DNA from: an uncultured Gammaproteobacteria bacterium
Lineage (GTDB): Bacteria > Pseudomonadota > Gammaproteobacteria > UBA9214
Assembly: GCA_963748215.1 (NCBI GenBank)
Contig: CAVVHS010000003.1
Span: 96,001-160,000, forward strand
Length of the DNA stretch: 64,000 nt
Reading direction: 5' to 3'
Below are positions 39,347 through 49,012 of the stretch, piece by piece (positions within the stretch are counted from its first letter, which is position 1; every line of letters begins with the position of its first letter). A model generated the notes under the pieces. The model was not told where the DNA came from. It did not search any database and saw nothing but the letters and a program-made list of their open reading frames with translations. The translations under genes were made by a program, and so were the position numbers.

Positions 39347-39571
39347 TCAGCCGTGTCCAGTTGCCCGATTGCCGGCCGGTTGCCACATGAAACGCCGGAC
39401 CAGCTCGTCCCGGCCAACCTTCAGGCCGAGATAGGCCGCCGACTCCATGAGAAACCGGATCCTCGCCTGCCGTTCGGGCCGGTAGGCCGGTCCGCCGCTG
39501 TGTGTGCCCTGTGCGGGGGCCATGTACGCCAGGGTACCGCGGTGTGAAGTATCCAAGTGGCTGTTATCCAT
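39347..39571 (-). CDS. Small hypothetical protein
   Basis: RBS gagga. Upstream of 38761-39282 and divergent from the LysR gene. Confidence 0.4.
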   Translation of the reverse strand: MDNSHLDTSHRGTLAYMAPAQGTHSGGPAYRPERQARIRFLMESAAYLGLKVGRDELVRRFMWQPAGNRATGHG

Positions 39572-39657
39572 GACGTTGTCCTCGCTCTGTGACCATCGGC
39601 CATGCCGGGAAAAGTTCCTGACAAAAACACTCAGGTATTCGAGTATAGGGGTGCACG

Positions 39658-39708
39658 GCATAAATAAAAATCGATATTATTGATCCACGTGATAGTTTTA
39701 TATCTATG
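39658..39708. promoter_or_regulatory. Divergent LysR-type operator region
   Basis: AT-rich segment cataaataaaaatcgatattatt...gatagttttatatctat directly before the LysR start. Confidence 0.4.
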
Positions 39709-40646
39709 GATAATCCGATTGCCAGCAAACTCGCCCGCCGGATCAGCCTGCGCCAGTTGCAGGTGTTCGAGGCGGTCGCCCGGCTGCTGAGCTACACGCG
39801 CGCCGCACAGGAACTGCACCTGACCCAGCCGACCGTCTCGATGCAGTTGAAAAAACTCGAATCCGATGTCGGCCTGCCGCTCACAGAGTAGGTCGGCAAG
39901 CGGATATCCATAACCGATGCCGGCAGCGCGCTCAACAGTGGCGCACGGGATATCCTGGAAACCCTGGGCCGCTTCGAGATGCAGATCGATGACCAGAAGG
40001 GATTGCGCACCGGGCAATTGCGGATCGCTGTCGTCACCACGGCCAATTACTTTGCGCCGCGCCTGCTTGGCAGGTTCTGCAGCACCTGGCCCGGAATCAA
40101 GGTGGCCCTGGAAGTGACCAACCGCGAGCACATACTGGATAGAATGGCCAATAACAGGGATGATCTGTATCTGATCGGCAAACCGCCGGCATCGAGCGAA
40201 CTCGAATTCCAGCCTTACCTGATGAACCCCATGGTCGTTGTCGCGCCTGCCGGTCACCGCCTTGCAGGCAGGAAGGCGCTATCGATCACGGAAATCGCGG
40301 ATGAATTGTTCATTTTACGCGAACAGGGTTCCGGTACCCGGATCGCGCTTGAGCAGAAGTTTGCCGAGGCCGGCCACGCACTCAAGGTCCGCGTGGAGCT
40401 GGGCAGCAATCAATCGATCAAGCAGGGTATCACGGGCGGACTGGGCATCGCCGTTCTGTCGCTGCACACGCTGACAGCGTGCGATATGAAAGAACTGACC
40501 GTGCTGGATGTGCAGGGCTTTCCCATACCCTGGCAGTGGTCGTCGGTTATCCCCGCGGGAAGCGGCTCTCGGTGGTCGCCAAAACATTCATCGAGTTCAT
40601 GTACAGGGAAGGCCCGGTCCTGTTGCAGGACGGCATGCCTGTCTGA
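39706..40646 (+). pseudogene. CbbR-like LysR regulator, disrupted
   Basis: SLRQLQVFEAVARLLSYTRAAQELHLTQPTVSMQLK, in-frame TAG at 39889-39891, later VTTANYFAPRLLG and REQGSGTR, frameshift near 40540. Confidence 0.85.
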
Positions 40647-40871
40647 TGGGGCCGACTGCATCTTCCGGGCCGGAGAAGTTGTTGGGGGCGGGCAATGCGC
40701 CGCCGCATTCATATACAGTCCGGTGATTTTCCGGCTCTGCCCTTTGACCGTTGCCCGGTGTGATTGCCAGGGCAGGTTCGGTCTCCCGTCTGAAGGCGTC
40801 ATTGCCGCGCGGGTCATGACATAAAAAATCAGTCATGCCCCGGAATGCGCATCGGAAAATGTATCCGGCCC

Positions 40872-41084
40872 CACTGCTGCCCCACATAGCCGTCATTCCC
40901 GCGAAGGCGCGAATCCAGGATATCATGTGCCCCTGCTGACCAGCGACTTGCTGGATTCCCGCCTTGGCGGGTATAGCATCCTGTTGTTCGGGATTTTCAT
41001 GTCCACGTACCACACAACACCATCCAACCACTGGAATAGTCGCAGTGAATAAACTTTCCTTGTGATGATGTGGGGCAGCCGGTG
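40872..41084. mobile_element. MITE-like element with IS4-type ends carrying a gtcattcccgcg palindromic doublet
   Basis: cactgctgccccacat ... atgtggggcagccggtg. The left end resembles the IS4 end at 4126. Confidence 0.55.
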
Positions 41085-41094
41085 ATCCTGCCCC

Positions 41095-41193
41095 CTAGAA
41101 AATGGCTCTTTCGATGAAGAGAATGACGACCGGAATCGTCGCCATGATGATCATCATGCCAGCACAAACACCAGCGCAGATATTTCTTATCAT
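41095..41193 (-). CDS. 32-aa hydrophobic peptide, paralog 1
   Basis: MIRNICAGVCAGMMIIMATIPVVILFIERAIF*, G-rich RBS, aligns without gaps to 58812-58910. Confidence 0.6.
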   Translation of the reverse strand: MIRNICAGVCAGMMIIMATIPVVILFIERAIF

Positions 41194-41248
41194 AGAAATG
41201 CCCCCCATTTCTCGATCACCCGTCATCGGCCATTTCGCCTCATCCTTG

Positions 41249-41364
41249 AATCAAGTGGGTCGGGCTCGATTGATTCGTCAAATAACCGGCGCCTCACTGT
41301 TTTCGGTTGCAGGGTGCGCCGGCTTTGTGTGCTGCAACCCGTCGCTGTTCGGGCGCAGGAGGTG
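41249..41364 (+). repeat. Orphan copy of the transposase left end/leader (REP arm to RBS)
   Basis: Collinear with 13280-13394 and ends gggcgcaggaggtg, with no transposase following. Confidence 0.7.
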
Positions 41365-41376
41365 AGATCAGGAAAT

Positions 41377-41904
41377 TTAACCGGACCCTTTAACCTTTAG
41401 CCGGTTATTGATATCGCGGTTTTGACGAACAGGTTCATTGCCTTCAAAGTTTTGCGACGATTTGGTCAGCCTGTCGTAAAGAACAACGGTCACCGTTGCG
41501 GCCAGGTTCATGCAGCCTGTGGTAGGTACGTAAACGACTGCATTCGCCCTGTCGATCACGTCCTGGCTGATCGCACCATCTTCGGGGCCGAAGATATAGA
41601 AAGCATTGTGCGGGTGCTGATACCCGGGTAAGGGTGTCGCGTTTTCGGCAAATTCAACACAGACGATTTCCATATCCCCGGGCACATCGTCAAGCAGGCA
41701 TGCCACTCCGGACAGGGGGATGTCCTGGCTTACCTTGCGACGCATATTCGGCGCATATGAATTGCGCTGTATAGCGAGCGGGTAACGTGTCCCGGTATAA
41801 ATAACACCATCGGCGCGAAAGTTGCCGGCAGCACGCATGACCGCGCCCACATTGTCCGGACTTTTCGGATTGATCAATCCAATGAAGACTTTTGATGTTT
41901 TCAT
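41377..41904 (-). CDS. SpoU/TrmH family RNA methyltransferase
   Basis: NPKSPDNVGAVMRAA, YIFGPEDG, CMNLAATV. Confidence 0.9.
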   Translation of the reverse strand: MKTSKVFIGLINPKSPDNVGAVMRAAGNFRADGVIYTGTRYPLAIQRNSYAPNMRRKVSQDIPLSGVACLLDDVPGDMEIVCVEFAENATPLPGYQHPHNAFYIFGPEDGAISQDVIDRANAVVYVPTTGCMNLAATVTVVLYDRLTKSSQNFEGNEPVRQNRDINNRLKVKGSG

Positions 41905-42053
41905 TTGCCGGGCTGGAAATGGGATAAAAATGGGTTGGAGAGCTTCTCGTTTACCGGATGCGTTTGAACGCATTGTCGATGAAGACCGGAAAAAAAGGGC
42001 GGAGGTATTGACTATTATTTCCTGCGTTCCCTTTTGCCTGTCCCCTCGGCAAG

Positions 42054-42338
42054 CTATGGGCCCTGCTCTTCGTTCTCGAGCGCCCTTGCTGTTATCTGGT
42101 CGTAGAGGTGGACCACCCGGGTGCAGAAATTATGCAGTTCCGGATGGCCTTCCGTCATTGGCAAGGTACGCGAGGCATCGTCAATGACTCTGCCGAGAAA
42201 CTCGATGTCCGCATCGCTTAGTGCGCCGTTGTTATCCACTTTTTCCTTGAGCGCAAGAAGCGTCGGGAGCCGCTGCGCCTCGAACCGCTTCAGGAGCGCC
42301 AGTATGATTCCCGCATCTCTTTCTGATAACCCAGACAT
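42054..42338 (-). CDS. Small hypothetical protein
   Basis: 94-aa helical ORF (RFEAQRLP...ALENE) with RBS. Confidence 0.75.
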   Translation of the reverse strand: MSGLSERDAGIILALLKRFEAQRLPTLLALKEKVDNNGALSDADIEFLGRVIDDASRTLPMTEGHPELHNFCTRVVHLYDQITARALENEEQGP

Positions 42339-42568
42339 AGTCTTTCCCCTCCGCCGGATAGTTCTGCCATTTGTTGTTGTAGTTCAGGTGCTTGTTGATG
42401 GATTGATTTGAATTGCCCCATTTCGCAGTCCTGTCATGCTCCGGATGAATCGTGGCATTCATTTATTACCCTGCCTGATTTATAGTTTAGCTCAGGGGTG
42501 GGCTATAGTTTACTAAAACCAGTCGAGCGAGCGCTTGATACCGGTTAATAAAAACATGGGGGTGTTCA

Positions 42569-43618
42569 ATGAAGAATTTGGTAAGCCAGGTGTTTTCCGG
42601 CACCATCGGGTCAATGCGCCGGAAATTAGACGCAAGGGAGTCCGTTCGCAAGGAGTCGGTACGCATAAAGGAGACCCTCGAAAGGGTGGTGGAGGGTGTC
42701 GATCCCACGATCCGGTACGTCCGCGGCTACCAAAGGAAACTGTACGACGCGATCACAGCCTCGCTGGATTATACCAATCAGCTTATTGCGGAAATCCCCG
42801 GCGCCATAGGCGTCAGTCGGACGACCTTCGTCGCCGACCCCTATGTGAACGCCTTCTTTGTAAACGTAAAGGATTTGCAGACAGTCTTTAGCCACAGCTC
42901 CGAAATACGGGAGTTCATGGAGGATTACCGCAGCTATGAAATGTCGCATTGCTATGCGCTCCTGTGTATGCACAAGTCAGAAAAAACAGTCATGGGAGTG
43001 GAGCTTGAAGGCGATGTACTGAGACATGACGTTCCGCAGACTGCCGTCTGCTTCTCGGATCACCGGATCTATACACCTGCCCCGACCGAGGCCGAAACCC
43101 GGCAGGGCCTCAAGAACTGTCTGTTCGAAGGGCTGGGTACAAATGCGCTTGGGCGCATCATGTCACTGAAGGTGAGGAACCACCGCCTGCAGCAGGAACG
43201 TCAGATACTGAATACAAGGTTAAGGCGCCTCCAGCAAAGAATGGGGGATACAGGCGAACAGACTCCGATTGATTCCAGATCGGCGGGTGAGGCGGACGCA
43301 ATCAGGGACAAGTTGAAAAAGGTTGAGGAAGCGCTCCTGAATTCCCGGCTGGTCGCGCCGGAAGAGTCGCTCAAACAGGTGTACGCCGTGTTCAATCGTC
43401 CGGATGATTTCATCCAAATTCGAAAGACATCGCTCCGATTGAACAAGATGGGCATCAAGATCGACGAGCATTCATCCCAGTCATGCAACAAGATCGACCT
43501 GACCGAAGTGACAATCGGTGAAGAGTTGCCCCGCGTCGTGACGCTGGCGAAATTTCCGCGGGATGAACTGCTCCCCCCGACAGAATTTCTCGCGCAAAAA
43601 CCTTCTCATGATTCCTGA
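42569..43618 (+). CDS. Hypothetical protein with coiled-coil region
   Basis: 349-aa ORF with RBS. Confidence 0.75.
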   Translation: MKNLVSQVFSGTIGSMRRKLDARESVRKESVRIKETLERVVEGVDPTIRYVRGYQRKLYDAITASLDYTNQLIAEIPGAIGVSRTTFVADPYVNAFFVNVKDLQTVFSHSSEIREFMEDYRSYEMSHCYALLCMHKSEKTVMGVELEGDVLRHDVPQTAVCFSDHRIYTPAPTEAETRQGLKNCLFEGLGTNALGRIMSLKVRNHRLQQERQILNTRLRRLQQRMGDTGEQTPIDSRSAGEADAIRDKLKKVEEALLNSRLVAPEESLKQVYAVFNRPDDFIQIRKTSLRLNKMGIKIDEHSSQSCNKIDLTEVTIGEELPRVVTLAKFPRDELLPPTEFLAQKPSHDS

Positions 43619-43624
43619 ATAGAC

Positions 43625-43748
43625 GGGGTCAGAGCATAATTTTCTTTAATATTAGCGAACCCCTGATTGATTCACTCATGGTCATCCCGGCATGCGCCGG
43701 GATGACGAATTCATCAGAGATTCCTTAGGACTAATTGTGCTCTGACCC
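43625..43748. mobile_element. Family B doublet interrupted by a 69-bp MITE (43656-43724) with TTAG duplication
   Basis: ggggtcagagcataatt..taataTTAG[cgaacccctgattga...ttcatcagagattcc]TTAGgactaattgtgctctgaccc. Confidence 0.75.
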
Positions 43749-43780
43749 ACGGCTGTCCCACATGCTCCCTCTCCCCACGG

Positions 43781-43913
43781 GACGACTGCATGGATGCATG
43801 ACTACGTCGATGGACTCGGCAGGGCGAAGCAGGAGAAGGTGAGATCGCGCAGCGATCGAGAGACTGGCCTGGGCCATGCCAGGGCCGAGAGCAACGCATG
43901 GAGCAATTGCCGA
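43781..43913. repeat. Interspersed structured element, copy 2
   Basis: acgactgcatgga...aggtgagatcgcgcagcgatcgagagactggcctggg...ttgccgag, homologous to 2644-2756. Confidence 0.65.
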
Positions 43914-44193
43914 GAATGGACGCACTGTTCTTGCAGTGATGCATAGGTTTCATGTCCTGTCGCTATGAACTACTCCGTGCAACGCGTACATTCATTGACT
44001 TGCTGTGCTTTCAGTCAAAGAATGTGGAACAGCAGTGGCTCTGCCCCCGATTGTTTTGCTGCACATGTAATACGAATGTATTAGTACTCTTTTCTGATGA
44101 TTATAAACTCGCTTGTGTATGTGACGGACGCTATAGTTTCGGCGTGTCATTACGGATAGCTTGGCGATACTAATCAGCTGAAGGAGGTCTGAT

Positions 44194-46293
44194 ATGAAAT
44201 TACCCTTTGCGGAGCCGGATCCTGCAGGTTCGGAACGTGCACGTTTGGCCAGACAAATCCGCGATCTCGCCACCGAAGTTTCGCGTCTGCAACCGCAGGC
44301 GCTGACGCGCAGTAACGGCGAAGAAGCAGACCATGCAGACCGCTACCCTGCGAATTTTACCAAGGGCCTGCTGCATGACCACTGGGGCATTCTGAAGCAC
44401 AACGCCGACTATCACTGTTTTGTCGAGGCGATCAATTCGCCGGATCGCACACTGTTTGAAAAGCACGTCGCAACAGCCAAAACGCACCATGTGGAATATC
44501 ACTGCAAGAAAAAGACTACTTGCAAGGGAAAGATAGACGTCGAGTGGCGTGGCTGGGAAAGTCCGCGTGCCGGCCATGTGTACGAACTGGAGGGCCCGGA
44601 TTCCGGTGCCGTCGGCATGGCGCCGGCACCCCGTGTCGGTTCCAGCGAGCTGGCCGCCGAGATGGCCGAGGTGTATGGCCTTGCGTTACTGCGCGATGTG
44701 CCGTTTACCACGATCTGCTCTGGCGGGGATCAACAGCTGTGTGCCAGTGCATCGAAGCCGGGCAAGTCAATTCTGTCGGCTGCACAGATCGTCAAGCTGC
44801 TGAACAGCATGCCTTTCTATTCCGGCAAAAAACGGGTTTCCTCGACCCCGTGTACCGTTGATGACAGCGACCTCAATCGTTTCGAGCGCAATCGGCGCCA
44901 TGCCCGCACGCTGTCCGATGACGGCAGCCTGAGTCCGGAAACAGCGTTCCGTGGTTCAACCAAAGGTGCCCAGACCGGGCCGTACATCTCGCAGTTCATG
45001 CTGATCGGCAGCGCATCGGTGGCCTGCGACGGGGGCGGGGCAGCCAGCTACCCGGCACTGAATGCGGCATTCGACCTGCAGGATGGTTACATCCCCTATG
45101 GCTCGCTGATTGTCGACCAGCGCGCCCTGTCGCACAAGAATTGCCTGGACTACATGACCGACTGGTGCAGCTGGCTGGATGTGCAGAACGGGGCAAACCT
45201 GAAAAATGCTGATTTATTTGAACGCGGCCGGCGGTTCATTACCACACCGCGTGATCTTGCCACTTATGTGCATTATGACGCACTGTACGAGGCGTACCTG
45301 AATGCCTGCCTGATCATGCTGGCGATGGGGGTGCCGCACTCAAAGGGCTTCCCGGAACCCAGTCCATCCGGGCATCGCGATGCCTTCGCCACCTTTGGCG
45401 GGCCACACATCCTGTCCCTGGTCACCGAAGTGGCGACGCGTTGTCTGAAGGCGGTGCGGCGCCAGAAGTTCAACTACCATCGTCGTGCGCGACCCGAGGC
45501 CATGGGCGGTCGGTTCACGTTGTCCTGCCTTGGCAAGGGCGAGAAGCTGGGTTGCGCCGCGCCGGCGTTTGCCGGCATGCTTGCCGAAATACCTGCCGCC
45601 CTGCAGCAGGCTTTGGCCCAACACAACAAGCTGCAGAACGGCGCGCGCATGCAGAAAATGCGTCAACTCCACTGTGGTGGCGACAGCTGCCTGCCGCGCG
45701 GCATCACGCCAGCGGCCTTTGACAAGTGCAACCTGTTGTTGCCGATGGCCTTTCCGGAAGGTTCGCCGATGCACCCCGCCTATGGTGCAGGACATGCGAC
45801 GGTCGCCGGTGGTTGCGTGACGATGCTCAAGGCATTTTTCGAAATGTTCGAAGACTGCGACAGCGGCAGCGAGCGGAAACTCCTCGATGGCGATGGCAAG
45901 CCGATTGTGTATGTGCCGAACAGTGATGGATCGCGGCTCGTCAGGGACCGCAAGTTCAAGGGGGCGCTGACCATCCAGGGTGAGCTCGACAAACTGGCGG
46001 CGAATATTTCCATCGGGCGCAATATGGCAGGCGTCCATTATTACTCGGATTACTATGACTCGTTACGCATGGGTGAGCGCGTCGCCGTCGGGATACTGCT
46101 GCAGCAGGCGCCGACCTACGGTGATGCCGTCGATACCAGTTTCAAGAGTTTTGACGGAGACCTGGTCACTATCAGTGGCGAGGCGGGCAGCTGTCCTTCG
46201 CTTTCTGTCATGGACCGCGATGGTAACCCGGTAACACCGGCCGACTGGTGGCTGCGTCACGTCAGCGGTCAGGAGTTTACCGAAGACCTGTAA
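44194..46293 (+). CDS. Vanadium-dependent haloperoxidase (bromoperoxidase-like)
   Basis: QKFNYHRRARPEA, PEGSPMHPAYGAGHATVAG and NISIGRNMAGVHYYSD vanadate-binding motifs. Strong RBS. Confidence 0.9.
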   Translation: MKLPFAEPDPAGSERARLARQIRDLATEVSRLQPQALTRSNGEEADHADRYPANFTKGLLHDHWGILKHNADYHCFVEAINSPDRTLFEKHVATAKTHHVEYHCKKKTTCKGKIDVEWRGWESPRAGHVYELEGPDSGAVGMAPAPRVGSSELAAEMAEVYGLALLRDVPFTTICSGGDQQLCASASKPGKSILSAAQIVKLLNSMPFYSGKKRVSSTPCTVDDSDLNRFERNRRHARTLSDDGSLSPETAFRGSTKGAQTGPYISQFMLIGSASVACDGGGAASYPALNAAFDLQDGYIPYGSLIVDQRALSHKNCLDYMTDWCSWLDVQNGANLKNADLFERGRRFITTPRDLATYVHYDALYEAYLNACLIMLAMGVPHSKGFPEPSPSGHRDAFATFGGPHILSLVTEVATRCLKAVRRQKFNYHRRARPEAMGGRFTLSCLGKGEKLGCAAPAFAGMLAEIPAALQQALAQHNKLQNGARMQKMRQLHCGGDSCLPRGITPAAFDKCNLLLPMAFPEGSPMHPAYGAGHATVAGGCVTMLKAFFEMFEDCDSGSERKLLDGDGKPIVYVPNSDGSRLVRDRKFKGALTIQGELDKLAANISIGRNMAGVHYYSDYYDSLRMGERVAVGILLQQAPTYGDAVDTSFKSFDGDLVTISGEAGSCPSLSVMDRDGNPVTPADWWLRHVSGQEFTEDL

Positions 46294-46365
46294 TCACAAA
46301 AGGGGGCGGAGGGTTCAATACATAATCCATCCGTCCCCTGTTTACGCAGTGCGTCAGGGCGCGGC

Positions 46366-47112
46366 TTAGAAATGACCGCGCATCACCGCGACCAGCCACA
46401 GCAGGCTGCTGCCGATGACGCCCGCCAGCGCGAGGTTCATCAGGGTGCGCCAGCCGTTATCGAGCGGTTGCAGGATTTCGAACTCCTTCAGGTAAATCGT
46501 CTCGCAGGCCCCGTTGCCTTTATCGCTGCGGGTGGTGCTGGTGCCCCTGGAAAATCCCGCGTCATTGGAATAATTGACCAGCCAGCCGCGGATCCGGACC
46601 TGGTCACCGATGCGCACCCGTTTGATCTGCTTGCGCAGGCGGACGTCGTCCGTCAACAGGTGGTTGTTGGATATCTGGTCTTGCCTGAAGCGTTCCCAGG
46701 TGCCCGCATCATCGGTCTGGAAGTTGCAGGTAAATTTCCCGTTCCAGAACTTGATGCGGTTCAGGTCGGAACCGCTGGTATTGTCGCTCCAGACCACGCA
46801 CACATCGGCGACGTTGATATGGTCATTCCACAGGCGGTGCAGGCTGTAGTTGCCGTTATGGTGTGCGTAGGAAACCACCAGGCCATGCAGGTCATACTGG
46901 TAATGCGGCTCGATACGGTAGTCAGTGCCGTTATTCGCAACCGTGAAGGGCTGCATGCTGACGGCGCGCTGTAGCGGCGGCGCCAGCAAGGCCGGTGCGA
47001 CAGACAGGTCTACGGGGAACTCGTTGCGCTGCCAGCAGGATGCCAGCAGCAACAGCAGGCTGGTATAGAAAACCAGTTTATTGATCGATTTGAGCGGGTT
47101 TGACTGGTGCAT
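46366..47112 (-). CDS. Hypothetical lipoprotein/membrane protein
   Basis: LASC lipobox, SNNHLL, STTRSD.GNGACE, C-terminal TM. Confidence 0.75.
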   Translation of the reverse strand: MHQSNPLKSINKLVFYTSLLLLLASCWQRNEFPVDLSVAPALLAPPLQRAVSMQPFTVANNGTDYRIEPHYQYDLHGLVVSYAHHNGNYSLHRLWNDHINVADVCVVWSDNTSGSDLNRIKFWNGKFTCNFQTDDAGTWERFRQDQISNNHLLTDDVRLRKQIKRVRIGDQVRIRGWLVNYSNDAGFSRGTSTTRSDKGNGACETIYLKEFEILQPLDNGWRTLMNLALAGVIGSSLLWLVAVMRGHF

Positions 47113-47195
47113 GGCAGGGCTGGCCCGGTTCGAAACTTTCAGGGGATGGAAGGATTAAATGCTGTTCCCTCAGTCCCCTGTGTTCACTGCCGGCC

Positions 47196-48080
47196 TCAGC
47201 GCTGCGTCAGCTTGTCGGTGGGCAGGATCATATCGAAACCGTGCATATTGGCCGGTACCACGATGGTATTGGCACCGGTCTCCGCAAACTTCTGCAGCGT
47301 AAGGTTGAGTTCGTGCTGCAGGTACTCGGACGTCAGGGTCTTGTTGATGATGCCATTGGCCCTGGCAACGCCTTCGGCGCGGATGGCCTCGATCTCGGCA
47401 TTCTTGCGTTCGATTTCTACCATGACCTGTTTGGCTTCCAGCCGTTTCTGGTTGGCAACCGCTTCTCGGATCGATTCCTCGATAGAGGGATCGGTAAGTA
47501 CCGAACGGATGACGACGCGGGTGACCGTGAATACGCCGGGGTCATTGCTGTCCAGTGTTTCCTGCAGGCGAAGCTTGATGGACCCGGCGATCTGGTCGCG
47601 TACCTTGTGCATGGTCAGCGAGTCAATCTCGGCAACCGTTTCATAGGTCGAGCGACGTGCCTCACGGAGAACCAGGTGGTAGGCCGGGAAATAGCTGTCG
47701 GACTCACCGTCGTAATAATGCGCGTTGGCATACTTGACGTACAGATCGGCGATTTGTGCGCTGTCCGCCTTGTAGAAGACCGTCACATCCATGTCACGCA
47801 GGGAGAGATTATCCGCCGCCTTGGGCGTCAGATCGACGAGATCGATCGCAATCTCCTTGCCGACAAACTCGGTAATCCGGGTGACCATGGGCACTTTCAG
47901 ATTCAGGCCGGGCGTGACTTCTTCCGGGTTGACCTTGCCGAGGGTCTTCCTGACGCCGACGTTGCCTGACTCGATCAGGACAATAGTGAAATAGAAAAAT
48001 GTGATTGCCAGGGCACTGGAAAATACCGTCGTGGCGGAACGCATGACCCGAATCTCCCTTGAAATACCCAGACTTTTCAT
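47196..48080 (-). CDS. SPFH/prohibitin family protein
   Basis: N-terminal TM, GNVGVRKTLGKV..EEVTPGL, C-terminal coiled coil (AEIEAIRAEG). Confidence 0.85.
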   Translation of the reverse strand: MKSLGISREIRVMRSATTVFSSALAITFFYFTIVLIESGNVGVRKTLGKVNPEEVTPGLNLKVPMVTRITEFVGKEIAIDLVDLTPKAADNLSLRDMDVTVFYKADSAQIADLYVKYANAHYYDGESDSYFPAYHLVLREARRSTYETVAEIDSLTMHKVRDQIAGSIKLRLQETLDSNDPGVFTVTRVVIRSVLTDPSIEESIREAVANQKRLEAKQVMVEIERKNAEIEAIRAEGVARANGIINKTLTSEYLQHELNLTLQKFAETGANTIVVPANMHGFDMILPTDKLTQR

Positions 48081-48314
48081 GAACGACTCCGAAACCCCGC
48101 CCGATGCTTGCCGGGACGAGAAAAATCTCTATCAGGAAATGCTGTTCGGCCATTCACGGCATTTCTGAAATATCAGGAGAATCAACGGGGTTCACCAATA
48201 TGGTGGCCGGAGAAACTTTCACTCCAGGATAAAAGGGTGTCTGCGAAAAATGGGACGGATGCTTTATAACAAAAATGTGTCCGGCCCCTGCTGACTGTTA
48301 AAACGACATCCTGT

Positions 48315-48791
48315 TCAGGGCAGAGTGATGAGGACATAGCCCAGTGCACGGTAGTCGTTGATCTGAGCGGGACCGGTGGCAGCCACATCGACATAATTTG
48401 GGAATTCCCCGGGGTCGACACCGAACCAGCCGGCGTAGGTGCCGCAGACGTGCAGGTCCACGTCCTTGCCGGTCACCATGTCCTCGGCAATGGCGTGCAG
48501 TTCAGGCTCCTTTGCCCTGTTCTCCGTGGTCAGGGCGAACTGTTCCTCGCCGTGGCTGACGACGGCGACCGGGAGCCCGGGGAAACGCGCGCGCAGGCGC
48601 TCGATGTCGGTGCGCAACCCGGGCAGCAATTTGCCCAGCCTGTCCGCATCGCCGCTGACGATTTCGAAGACGACGCCCGCAGGTGCCGCGTCGGCCGCAA
48701 GCAGCGCTGCAACATCGTCCGCCGCAACAGCACTCGCCTGGAAACCGCCAAGCACGGTCAGCAGGGTGATGGTAAAAAGTATTGCTTTCAT
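48315..48791 (-). CDS. Periplasmic DsrE family protein
   Basis: Signal peptide, GVVFEI, VVSHGEE, HVCGT, GYVLI. Confidence 0.8.
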   Translation of the reverse strand: MKAILFTITLLTVLGGFQASAVAADDVAALLAADAAPAGVVFEIVSGDADRLGKLLPGLRTDIERLRARFPGLPVAVVSHGEEQFALTTENRAKEPELHAIAEDMVTGKDVDLHVCGTYAGWFGVDPGEFPNYVDVAATGPAQINDYRALGYVLITLP

Positions 48792-49012
48792 TCTCGTGTA
48801 TCAGGGTTGAGTCAGTCTGCAGTTTACTTTGAATAATCAGGATCCGCATGCCCGGTCATTCCGGAGATTTCCTGTGCCTGCCGCGCTAGCTGTTGCCGGA
48901 TCTGACAGACAGGGCCTTGGATCTCCTGCCGGCAGGGAAAGTGTGCTCTGGCGCGACTTTCAAGCGTGATAACTGTCTCGGCATTGATTTGGCTGATGAC
49001 TAGAATTGCTCT

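Noticed and set aside
39889-39891. Recoded TAG (pyrrolysine/readthrough) in the LysR gene
   Set aside because: A frameshift also occurs in the same gene, and a C-to-T change from CAG explains the stop simply.
4520-43748. CRISPR array interpretation of the 27-bp family A repeats
   Set aside because: Copies are dispersed, separated by whole genes, often inverted and degenerate. There are no regular spacers and no cas genes.
4520-43748. Classical integron/attC cassette array
   Set aside because: No tyrosine-recombinase integrase, genes lie in both orientations and the repeats lack RYYYAAC/GTTRRRY ends.
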